Assembly: GCA_036702895.1 (NCBI GenBank)
Contig: DATNQE010000603.1
Span: 1-53,667 of the forward strand
Reading direction: 5' to 3'
DNA from: Trichocoleus sp.
Lineage (GTDB): Bacteria > Cyanobacteriota > Cyanobacteriia > Phormidesmidales > Phormidesmidaceae
Length of the DNA stretch: 53,667 nt
Made by a program: the position numbers and the translations under genes
Shown: positions 35,704 to 43,960 of the stretch, in pieces
Layout: every line of letters begins with the position of its first letter
Numbering within the stretch: the stretch's first letter is position 1
Notes under the pieces: generated by a model
Told to the model about the DNA's origin: nothing
What the model saw: only the letters and a program-made list of their open reading frames with translations
Databases searched by the model: none

Positions 35704-36726
35704 ATGCCCCGCACACCAGTCTTTAAGCTCACCTACCTGGGAGTGGACATCACCCAGGAAATTAACCCGCTGACGCTCCAAATCGCCTACACAGACAATC
35801 TAGAGGGCGAGGCCGATGACCTGACCATTGAGCTGATCAACTCGGACCTGCGGTGGCTCGATACCTGGCTGCCCGCCGAGGGAGACCGGGTGGCTCTGGA
35901 GCTGGGCTATGAGGGCACGGCGCTATTGGGGCCGGTGCAGTTCGAGGTAGATGAGCCGGAATGGTCGGGGGTGCCCGATAGGTTCAAGCTGCAGGCCCAG
36001 GCGGTACCCGTTACGGCCAGTTTGCGCGAGCGGCGGTCGCAGGCTTACGAGAACACCACCTTGAGGGCGATCGCAACCCAGATTGCTGAAAAGCACGGTC
36101 TGGAGTTGGTTGGCGAGATTCCCAATATCCGCTTCAAGCGGGTGAGCCAGAGTGAGGAGACCGATCTGGAGTTTTTGCGCGAGCAGGCGGCTGAATACGG
36201 CCTGCTGTTCAAGATTGAGGGCACTACGCGCCTAGTCTTCTTTAGCGAGAGCGACCTGGAGGCGGCAGCGCCGGTGCTGACGATCAAACGCACCGACATG
36301 GCCAGCTACCGGCTCAGGCGCAGCGCAGCGGGCACCTATAAGGCGGCTCAGGTGAGCTATCAGAATGCCGAGTCGGGGGAGTTCATTGAGGTCACTATCG
36401 ACCTGAACGGGGCCGAGGTGCCCAAGCCTAAGGACGGTGAGGAGGGTGCGATCGCAAGTGAGAACATCCTGCGCATCCGCGAGCGGGTTGAAACCCGGGC
36501 CCAGGCCGAGGCCAAAGCGGTGGCAGCCCTGCGCCGGGCCAATAGTGCGCGGGTAGAGCTGGATTTTGAGTGTGAGGGCAATGTGCTGCTCTCGGCGGGC
36601 AGCTGCTTCACCTTAGAGGGCTTCAAACGGCTTGATGGCAAGTATCTGCTGGCCCAGGTGCGGCACCAGCTGGATAAGGGCCGGGGGTATCGGTGCAGCG
36701 TTGAGGCGCGAAAAGTCGAGGCCTGA
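35704..36726 (+). CDS. Baseplate hub / late control D protein (P2 gpD-like)
   Basis: YTDNLEGEADDL.I.L..LGYEG..F.VDE..Q..ETDLEFL..A.EYG..G.Y....V.H. Confidence 0.93.
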   Translation: MPRTPVFKLTYLGVDITQEINPLTLQIAYTDNLEGEADDLTIELINSDLRWLDTWLPAEGDRVALELGYEGTALLGPVQFEVDEPEWSGVPDRFKLQAQAVPVTASLRERRSQAYENTTLRAIATQIAEKHGLELVGEIPNIRFKRVSQSEETDLEFLREQAAEYGLLFKIEGTTRLVFFSESDLEAAAPVLTIKRTDMASYRLRRSAAGTYKAAQVSYQNAESGEFIEVTIDLNGAEVPKPKDGEEGAIASENILRIRERVETRAQAEAKAVAALRRANSARVELDFECEGNVLLSAGSCFTLEGFKRLDGKYLLAQVRHQLDKGRGYRCSVEARKVEA

Positions 36727-36732
36727 GCCTAA

Positions 36733-36741
36733 GGGAACTCT
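36733..36741 (+). promoter_or_regulatory. Box GGGAACTCT upstream of the FHA-EAL-sigma cluster
   Basis: GGGAACTCTGAGG, 6 nt after the gpD stop and 57 nt before ATG 36790. Confidence 0.7.
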
Positions 36742-36789
36742 GAGGGGGCGGCAAGTGTGCCCCCCTTCCCTCCACACAGCCCCAGTGCT

Positions 36790-37389
36790 ATGGCCAAACT
36801 TGCCTGCTATTTCACACACATCTCTGGGCCTAGAATTCTTGATACTGAAGGCCGAGACCATGATGCCGAAGGCCACTACCAGCTTGAGTGGACCGTAGGC
36901 CGAGGACTGGGCAATGACATTTGCCTGAGCAGCAAACCCGCTGTATCCAAGCATCACGCCCTGATTCGCTTCTATCCCGAGACTCGCGCTTGGCAGCTGC
37001 TTGATCTCAACAGCCTCAACGGCACCTGGTTGAACGGTGAAAAAATTGCCCCATCTGCATGGCAGAACCTCGCTGAGGGCGACACGATAGATTTTGGAAC
37101 CATCTCAGCGCGGTGTCGGATCTCGTTCGACACGGACGACACGCTGCGCTCGATGGAGGAAGAGACCCCCAGCAACCTCAAATCTAAAGCGGTGGCAGCC
37201 ATCACCACCGCCGCCGAGCCTGAACCGGCATCTACTGAAAAGCTGTCCAAAGAGGAGCAGTTGTGGGTGCTTGCAAAGGACGCCCTCGACTGGCTGCAAA
37301 CACCGATAGACCTGGCGGGTGTGATCTACCGAGGCTTCGTGCTGCTGGCATTTTTAACGGCCATGTCTGTGGTCGTCATTTACAAGTGA
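36790..37389 (+). CDS. FHA domain protein with C-terminal membrane anchor
   Basis: VGR..NDI..VSKHHA..DLNSLNGTWLNG..L.EGD.I.FG; C-terminal GFVLLAFLTAMSVVVIYK. Confidence 0.9.
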   Translation: MAKLACYFTHISGPRILDTEGRDHDAEGHYQLEWTVGRGLGNDICLSSKPAVSKHHALIRFYPETRAWQLLDLNSLNGTWLNGEKIAPSAWQNLAEGDTIDFGTISARCRISFDTDDTLRSMEEETPSNLKSKAVAAITTAAEPEPASTEKLSKEEQLWVLAKDALDWLQTPIDLAGVIYRGFVLLAFLTAMSVVVIYK

Positions 37390-38492
37390 TTTCGACGCTT
37401 TTACTCAATGCGATCGCACTGTGCCCGACGGCGGCAGCGGCCCTAAACAGCCGGGGTGTGATTGCGGTATGCAATGAGGCCTTTGCCCAGCTGCTGGGGC
37501 AGGATCGGGCCGAGATTGAGGGCCAAACTAGCCTAATGGAGTTGGCCTGCCCCGATGAGCAGCAGATGGGCCGGGAGAACCACCAGGCCATGCTCTCGGG
37601 CCGGATTGAGCAGTACGCGGTTGATGGCTGCTGCTGTCGGCTGGATGGGCAATGCTTTCGGATGCAGCTGCTGGTGGGCCGGGCCGATGCTGAGCACTCG
37701 CTGGTCTTTGCCTGCGATATATCTGAGCACCGAGAAACAGCGGCGCTAGAAGCCTTCAGGGATGAGCTATTAGAGGCAATTCGCCTGCGGCAGTTTGTGC
37801 TGCATTTCCAGCCCATTGTGCAGCTGGCCACGGGTGAGATTGTGGCTCAGGAGGCTTTGGTACGGTGGCAGCATCCGACCGGGCTGCGCTTTCCCATCTA
37901 CTTCCTTTCCTTCGCTCGGCACCTCGGGCTGGAGACCTGGATCTGCCGCCAGATTCTGGGCATGGCCGCTAAACAGCTAAGGGCCTGGGCTGATGCGGGC
38001 AAACCCTGGTCGGTGGCTGTCAACATCGAACCCAGCACGCTGGGACTTCCGGCCTTTGAGGAGATGGTGGAGTTTGCGATCGCAAGAGCAGGCGCCCCTC
38101 CAGAGCGACTGATGCTCGAAATCGTTGAGGCTCAAAGCTTGGACATCCAAACGCTGGTAGGCAAACTCAAGCGCCTAGCCAAGCAATACACGCTCGCCAT
38201 CGATGACTTCGGCGCGGGCTACTCCAACCTGGGCGCAGCAGCTCGCTACCCGGTGAAAATCCTCAAAATCGATAAGCACCTGATCTCAGGCATCGACCAC
38301 GACTCAAACCTGCAAACGGTGGTAGGGGCAATTATCGTCATGGCGCATGAACTGGGCATGAGGACGGTGGCAGAAGGCATTGAGACCGAGGCAGAAATGG
38401 CCTGGCTACAGGCTTACGGCTGCGACCTCGGCCAGGGCTTCTGGTTTGCACGGCCAGGGCCGCCTGAGGATTGTACGGATGAGGCCGGGTAA
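37386..38492 (+). CDS. PAS-EAL c-di-GMP phosphodiesterase
   Basis: PAS (NEAF..LLG..E..G); FQP, EALVRW, AVN, EIVE, DDFGAGYS, KIDK, EGIE, GQGF all intact; GTGA overlap with the FHA gene. Confidence 0.92.
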   Translation: MISTLLLNAIALCPTAAAALNSRGVIAVCNEAFAQLLGQDRAEIEGQTSLMELACPDEQQMGRENHQAMLSGRIEQYAVDGCCCRLDGQCFRMQLLVGRADAEHSLVFACDISEHRETAALEAFRDELLEAIRLRQFVLHFQPIVQLATGEIVAQEALVRWQHPTGLRFPIYFLSFARHLGLETWICRQILGMAAKQLRAWADAGKPWSVAVNIEPSTLGLPAFEEMVEFAIARAGAPPERLMLEIVEAQSLDIQTLVGKLKRLAKQYTLAIDDFGAGYSNLGAAARYPVKILKIDKHLISGIDHDSNLQTVVGAIIVMAHELGMRTVAEGIETEAEMAWLQAYGCDLGQGFWFARPGPPEDCTDEAG

Positions 38493-38580
38493 GCTGACTT
38501 CACAGATCCGTACTTATCTCGTGGGCATGGTCTAAAACGCTACGAACAATGGGGTTGTAGCACCCACACACGCCTCAGCC

Positions 38581-39345
38581 ATGCCCCCCGCCACACCCGC
38601 CGCTGCCAAGTGCCTCGAAGTTTTAGTTGAGTATAAAAAAGCCCCTACCGTTAAGCTGCGCAACGAGCTGGTGCGGCTCAATGCTGGGCTGGTGCGCAAG
38701 GTAGCGCATCGGGTCAGTCTGCAGTGCCGCGAGCCCTATGAAGATTTAGAGCAGCTGGGACACTTGGGCCTGATTCGAGCTATCGAGCGCTTCGATCCCT
38801 CCCAGGGCAATGCTTTTAGCTCATTTGCCGTCCCCTACATTCGCGGTGAGATGTTGCACTACCTGCGCGATCGCTCCAGCACGGTGAAAATTCCCCGGCG
38901 CTGGCAGGATTTGCAGAAAGAGGCTGAGCGGCTCCAGCCTGAACTGGTGCGCGTGCTGGGCCGCTCGGCTGATGAGGGCGAGGTTGCCCAAGCGCTCGGC
39001 GTGGCGCTCGGCGAGTGGCGCGATGCCAAGCTCTCTAGCCTCAACCGCAAGCCCCTGAGCCTGGATGCCAGGGTGAGCGGCTCTGATGAGATTACGCTAG
39101 CCGATACTCTGCCCGACTTGGCCTACGCAGCTATGCAGGAAGGGGAGGCAGACCGGGCGCAGCTGCAACGGGCGCTGGCCAAGCTGGAGGAGGGCACGCG
39201 TACCGCGATTGAGTTTGTTTTCTATAACGGCCTTTCTCGCAAAGAGGTGGCCCGGCGCATTGGGGTCAGCCCTATGGCGGTGAGCCGCCGAATTCATGAG
39301 GGGTTGCAGCAGATGCAGGCACTTCTGGGCGCTGCTGAGGCATAG
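38581..39345 (+). CDS. SigF/SigJ (sigmaB-family, group 3) RNA polymerase sigma factor
   Basis: LRNELVRLNAGLVRKVAH..EPYEDLEQLG.LGLIRAIERFDPSQGNAFSSFAVPYIRGEMLHYLRD..VKIPRRW; region 4 SRKEVA..IGVSPMAVSRR. Confidence 0.93.
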   Translation: MPPATPAAAKCLEVLVEYKKAPTVKLRNELVRLNAGLVRKVAHRVSLQCREPYEDLEQLGHLGLIRAIERFDPSQGNAFSSFAVPYIRGEMLHYLRDRSSTVKIPRRWQDLQKEAERLQPELVRVLGRSADEGEVAQALGVALGEWRDAKLSSLNRKPLSLDARVSGSDEITLADTLPDLAYAAMQEGEADRAQLQRALAKLEEGTRTAIEFVFYNGLSRKEVARRIGVSPMAVSRRIHEGLQQMQALLGAAEA

Positions 39346-39512
39346 ATTTGCAGGTTGCCAAAATCAAATGGGTGTAGCACCTATTTGCTCTGCAGCAAGG
39401 GTTTTACAGGGTGCCAAAAGCATGAAAAAGCCGCCTGGTTGGTCTGGTGGCGGCAAGAGGTAGAAATGGTTTGTTATGTCGCTATCTATTGGCTTAAGGA
39501 TAGCGGTTCTGG

Positions 39513-41132
39513 CTAGGTCGGGACTGAGAGCGCAGCCTTGTATTTCTCAAGAATTGAGAGGGTGTAATCCCGGATAGAGGGGTAGGAACCTGCACCATAA
39601 AACTGCGGTGTGGGGTCGTCATAGAGGTGCCCCTGGCCAGAGTACCAGCGGCTGGCCACTCGCCTGATCGCCGTGTCGTAGTCTGCGCCGCTGGCCAGCT
39701 CCTCCTGCAGGTATTCGCCCAGCTTGTGGTTGATGATGGCAATCTGAAGCTCTGGCGAGTTTAGGAACTCGGCTGCGCCTACCTCCCTGCCCAGTGCGGC
39801 GCGGCTCCACGAGGGCAGGTTCTCAGGCATGATTTGACCGTAGCCCAGCGCCCCTGAGTGGGGATTGATAGCTCTGAAGTTGCCGCCGCTCTCCTGCCCC
39901 ACAATGGCCTGCCGCAGGGCGTTGAGCTTGGCATTCTCAATCTTGCCGCCGACTTTGCCGGTGATGATGCGCTCCACCCATTCCTTGGTCGGGTTGACGT
40001 AGTTCCCAGACTCAATCTGCCTGACATCGAGGTGGGCGCCGGTGCCGTTGCCGGTATTGCCAGAGGTACCCACCCTTTGGCCTGGCTTAGCCTCGCCGGA
40101 TTGGCAGCCGTCGAGGTGCAGCAGCAGGAACTCGGGGCCGCCAGATTTAGGCTTGAGCACGGCGTAGTTACCCGCCGGGTTGCTCGGTCCGCCTTTGCAC
40201 TCGACAGAGGCCGCATAGGGCGCGTAGACCGGGGTGCCGATGGGGGTGGCCAGGTCCACGCCCAGGTGGTTGCTGGAGCAGCCTGCGCAGGGGGGCACGC
40301 GGGAGCCAAAGCCGCTGGTCACCAGATAGCGTGCAACCTTATCCCCTTTCATCAAGGGTGTGGCTGTAGTAGGCAGAGCACCAGTCTGGGCCTGGTCATC
40401 GCCACCGCCAGCTAGCATCCCAATGCCTGGCAGCTCGGCCACGCGCTGGTAGATGCTACGGGCCAACCCGAAGGCCTCGGCAGATGCGATCGCAATCCAG
40501 CAGAGCAGAAATGCCACCGCACCCATCTGCAACCGGCTCAGCGTCAGGGTGCTCTGAATGCTGCCCAGCTCTCGCTGCACCGCGCCCACCTCGGCGGCAA
40601 TGGCCTCGACGGTGGCCCAGCCGGTCTGCCGCTTAATGGCAACGGCAGTATCTTGCAGGCCAGCTTTGAGGGCGGCAATTTCGGCGCTGACGGCTCGCAC
40701 CTGCTGCAGGGCCTGCGAGCTTTGCACCGATTGCGCTAGCTCCAGTTCTCGTCGGGCTTTGGCTAGCTTCTGGCGTAGCTCTGCGGCCTCTTTGTCGGGG
40801 TTGGCCTTGAGGGCCTGCAGCTGCTGCCTGGCCTCTCTGAGCTGCTGCTTGAGGATTTCCTCGGCGGTCGGCTCTGGCTTTGGCTCTTTGGGCGGTGGGG
40901 GATTGAGCAAGCGATCGCGTTGCCGCCTGGCCCGATCCAGACTGGCTTGCAGCTTCTCCAGCTCGCTCTGCTGAGCTGCTTCCCCCTGGAGGCCTCGGAT
41001 CTCCTGCCGGGTGGCCGCCAGCTCGGCCCTGAGCTGCTCTAGTTGGGCTTCGAGTTCGCTACCCTGCTCGGCTGCTCCAGCTGGGGTTTCTTCTGGGGCT
41101 GCTCCAGGTGTTGCTGCTGGTTCTTCCACCAT
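39513..41132 (-). CDS. Membrane-anchored muralytic enzyme: coiled coil, TM, M23 peptidase, lysozyme/transglycosylase-like domain
   Basis: VTSGFGSR..HLGVDL..TPVYAP..HL..GNTGNGTGAHL (M23); QESGGN..SGALGYGQIMP (SLT-like); TM AVAFLLCWIAIA. Confidence 0.85.
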   Translation of the reverse strand: MVEEPAATPGAAPEETPAGAAEQGSELEAQLEQLRAELAATRQEIRGLQGEAAQQSELEKLQASLDRARRQRDRLLNPPPPKEPKPEPTAEEILKQQLREARQQLQALKANPDKEAAELRQKLAKARRELELAQSVQSSQALQQVRAVSAEIAALKAGLQDTAVAIKRQTGWATVEAIAAEVGAVQRELGSIQSTLTLSRLQMGAVAFLLCWIAIASAEAFGLARSIYQRVAELPGIGMLAGGGDDQAQTGALPTTATPLMKGDKVARYLVTSGFGSRVPPCAGCSSNHLGVDLATPIGTPVYAPYAASVECKGGPSNPAGNYAVLKPKSGGPEFLLLHLDGCQSGEAKPGQRVGTSGNTGNGTGAHLDVRQIESGNYVNPTKEWVERIITGKVGGKIENAKLNALRQAIVGQESGGNFRAINPHSGALGYGQIMPENLPSWSRAALGREVGAAEFLNSPELQIAIINHKLGEYLQEELASGADYDTAIRRVASRWYSGQGHLYDDPTPQFYGAGSYPSIRDYTLSILEKYKAALSVPT

Positions 41133-41245
41133 TGGTCTGCCTCGCTCATCCGGGCTTTGGTCGTCTCGGGAAACATGCGGTAGTTCACGTACAGCACCGT
41201 CATGAGAAACATGAGGGCTAGTAGGGTGTCAGCTATCTGTCGCAT
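41039..41245 (-). CDS. Small single-TM protein
   Basis: TLLALMFLMTVLYV; TAATG coupling; GGAGG upstream. Confidence 0.5.
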   Translation of the reverse strand: MRQIADTLLALMFLMTVLYVNYRMFPETTKARMSEADQWWKNQQQHLEQPQKKPQLEQPSRVANSKPN

Positions 41246-41430
41246 TAGCGGCTATCCTCCGGCGCTTGGATTTCTTCAGGAGAGGGCACCAGGGCGGCGA
41301 TCAGCACGCGGCTAATGACTCGCACGGTGATGTCTACCGTCCGCACCAGGTCGATTGCACCGCCCAGAACGAGCTGCACCACCAGACCGGCGATGATGAC
41401 GTTGGTGAAAAGCTGTCCAAATCCTTTCAT
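41245..41430 (-). CDS. Small membrane protein
   Basis: MKGFGQLFTNVIIAGLVVQLVLGG; AAGG upstream. Confidence 0.55.
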   Translation of the reverse strand: MKGFGQLFTNVIIAGLVVQLVLGGAIDLVRTVDITVRVISRVLIAALVPSPEEIQAPEDSR

Positions 41431-41645
41431 GGGGCACCTTCTAGGGTTTGAGAGAGGCAGTTTTAAACGGTCAAAAGGGCAGTTCTGGGGGCTAGAACCG
41501 TTCCAGGTTTGCAGAACTGCCCTAAGAACTGGGCTGGGTAAAGCTTTAAGGGCATTTTTGGGCAGTGGTTTTGAGTTGAACCAATCGCAGTGGTTCAGAA
41601 CCACTCAAATTGGCCGATCCTGAACTGCCCCAGTTCCAGGGCGTT

Positions 41646-42968
41646 TCAGGAGTCGGGGGTATCGGTTCCAGGCTCCAGTTCTGATTTTTCGGGGGGCCAT
41701 TTCTCAGCAACGATGGAATCCCACCGATCCGCAATCTCTTTCCAGCGCGGGTCAGAGCTGTTTCGCTTGAGGGGCTGCTCGCCTCGCACCTTCAAAATGG
41801 GGTCGAGCACCTTGCCGAACTGGGTGCGGCTGGGGATGTCTTTGGCCTGGATGCGGTAGAGCAAATCAGGTTGCTCCTCAAAGAGCTGCTGGAGCCAGCT
41901 AGCGGCCTGCTCGCTGGGGCTGATGATGCTCAGCACCGGCGGCATCCAGCTCAAATCAGGCACCCCTGCCAGGGCCAGTTGCTTGCCAATGAAGGTGATG
42001 CAGGGCCAGAAGTCATCGATAGAGCTGGGCAAATCGACCAGCTGATCGACCAGGCCGTTGAATTCCTTCTTCTGGCTGTCACGCAGGCCCAGGTTGTCAT
42101 AGACGCCGCCCACCTGGCTGGCCATGCGCAACACCACCCAGTCGAGCGAGCGGATGAAGGCGCGGCGCAGACCGAAGCCAGCAACATCAATGACCTGGGA
42201 TGCGATCGCAAACTGGATAAGCCGCTTGCCGCCCCGGTTCTTGATGTCCTCCAGCTGCCCGCCCAGGCGCTGCTGCTGCTTCTCAGAGAACTTGGGCATG
42301 AGGTTGTTGAACTCATCGACCACTAGCAGGATCGGGCTGTCGCTGGCGGGATTGTCGAGCTCGTTACTGATGTCACTCACCAGCAGCTCAAACTCATGCG
42401 GCTCTGAGAACACTACCTGCCCCTCGGGCAGGCCAAACCAGGCTGCCTCACCCCATTTCTTGCGGGTCTGCTCCAGCTCGATGTCGTGGATATAGACGCG
42501 CCCGTTGGGGTAGTTGCGGATGAAGTGAAAAATCACATACCGCAGCAGCCAGCTTTTGCCGTCGCCAGGCTCACCCAGCACAGCAAAAGAGCGCAGCCGC
42601 TCAGTGTTGGGGTTGGGAGTCACCAGCTGCTCTAGCCACTCGTCATTGAGGGCCAGGCTCTCTTTGAGCTTGAGCTCAAAATGCTTGAGCAAGGGCATCT
42701 GCTGTAGCAGGTTGCTCACGACCTCACCCGATTGCTCTTTGCCGTCGGCGGTGAGCTGCTCGATAACCTCCTGCACCGGTTCGCGCAACAGCGGCCAAAC
42801 CGACAGCACCGACTGCAACAGACCAAAGCCCCGGCGCTGCATCCGGTAGTAAGCAGCTGTGCCGATGCAGGCCCCGACAAATGGGTTGGCGCCAAATGCG
42901 ATCGCGCTACCCAGCAGGAAAAGTGCGCCGGTGGCTGCTTTCTCGTGGTTAGGGTTGGACGTCGGCAT
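41646..42968 (-). CDS. FtsK/HerA-superfamily P-loop ATPase with N-terminal membrane segments
   Basis: Hydrophobic N-terminus; Walker A GEPGDGKS; Walker B LLVVDEF; RGGKRLIQFAIASQ Arg-finger/sensor-like motif. Confidence 0.8.
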   Translation of the reverse strand: MPTSNPNHEKAATGALFLLGSAIAFGANPFVGACIGTAAYYRMQRRGFGLLQSVLSVWPLLREPVQEVIEQLTADGKEQSGEVVSNLLQQMPLLKHFELKLKESLALNDEWLEQLVTPNPNTERLRSFAVLGEPGDGKSWLLRYVIFHFIRNYPNGRVYIHDIELEQTRKKWGEAAWFGLPEGQVVFSEPHEFELLVSDISNELDNPASDSPILLVVDEFNNLMPKFSEKQQQRLGGQLEDIKNRGGKRLIQFAIASQVIDVAGFGLRRAFIRSLDWVVLRMASQVGGVYDNLGLRDSQKKEFNGLVDQLVDLPSSIDDFWPCITFIGKQLALAGVPDLSWMPPVLSIISPSEQAASWLQQLFEEQPDLLYRIQAKDIPSRTQFGKVLDPILKVRGEQPLKRNSSDPRWKEIADRWDSIVAEKWPPEKSELEPGTDTPDS

Positions 42969-43470
42969 AGTTCACCTCTGGTTGCTGAGTGGTGCCTGCG
43001 GGCTGAACTTGAATGGCCATACCGCTGGCGCTGTGCACCTGGTCGGGATTTTGGAGCCAGAACTGCACCAGCTCCACGGCCTGCTGCTCAGCGCTGAGGT
43101 TGGCTAGGCGGGCGAAGGCCTCGGCCTGGCCGTCGAAGACGCCCACCTGCTGGCCCAGCTCCCACAGCTCGTCATTGACGGCTTTGTAGCGCTCTGTGAT
43201 GAATGTCTCGACATCGCCGCTCTCACGGCCTCTGTTGAGCAGGAAGGTGGCGCGGGTGAGCACGGCCTGACTGATGCGGCCGGCGCCAATTTGGCTGGGC
43301 ATGGTGGTGGGCGCGGTGTCGCTGGCCAGGGTGGCAGTCTCTTGGGCTGCGGCTACCTCGGCCTGGATGCGGCTTTGCAGGTAGCCCAGGATGCGGGGGG
43401 TTAGCACCAGGGCGAGAAATATCCCGCCCGCAGCCAGCTGCTTTGGTTTGAGGGCAATTTTTTTAGTCAT
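42949..43470 (-). CDS. N-terminally anchored membrane/periplasmic protein
   Basis: Basic start followed by LAAGGIFLALVL; overlaps both neighbours. Confidence 0.65.
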   Translation of the reverse strand: MTKKIALKPKQLAAGGIFLALVLTPRILGYLQSRIQAEVAAAQETATLASDTAPTTMPSQIGAGRISQAVLTRATFLLNRGRESGDVETFITERYKAVNDELWELGQQVGVFDGQAEAFARLANLSAEQQAVELVQFWLQNPDQVHSASGMAIQVQPAGTTQQPEVNYADVQP

Positions 43471-43888
43471 CGGTAAAGCTCCGTTCTTTCAGGCTCTGCA
43501 GAGTCATCAGGCGCGGGTCGTCCTCGCCGCCTTCAAGCAGCAGCTCGGCCATTCTGCGGTCGATGAACTTGCGCAGCACTTCGTTGGTGGTAGGGGGCGG
43601 CTTGGTGGCAAACCAGGCCGCTGAGAAACCGACCAGGGACATGAAGATCACGCCGTTGGTGACCTCCTCAATGGGCGTGGCCCACTTCTGGCTGGCAGTT
43701 AGGACGATGCTCAGGTCTCGGCCAATGAACCCGGCGAATGCGATCGCACCCAGGTAGCCCCAGTAGCGCCACTCCTTCGCCCGCCGCCAAACGCGCTTGC
43801 CAATGCAGAGCGCCAGCAGCAGGGGTAGGGAGTGGAGCAGTAAAAGGTTGTGCATGTTAGATATGGGGTAGAGGTCAGCAATCCTCAT
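43463..43888 (-). CDS. Three-TM membrane protein
   Basis: Three hydrophobic stretches; GGGGAG RBS. Confidence 0.65.
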   Translation of the reverse strand: MRIADLYPISNMHNLLLLHSLPLLLALCIGKRVWRRAKEWRYWGYLGAIAFAGFIGRDLSIVLTASQKWATPIEEVTNGVIFMSLVGFSAAWFATKPPPTTNEVLRKFIDRRMAELLLEGGEDDPRLMTLQSLKERSFTDD

Positions 43889-43960
43889 CAGGCTCCCCTT
43901 CCCCTGGTCGGCTAATCGGGTGGAAGGGGCTTGGTTTAGGTGCGATGCACGCTGCCAGTT

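Noticed and set aside
41646-42968. ATPase as part of a type IV secretion/conjugation system or as packaging ATPase
   Set aside because: No relaxase, VirB4-sized protein or pilin recognised, and a normal terminase/portal already exists
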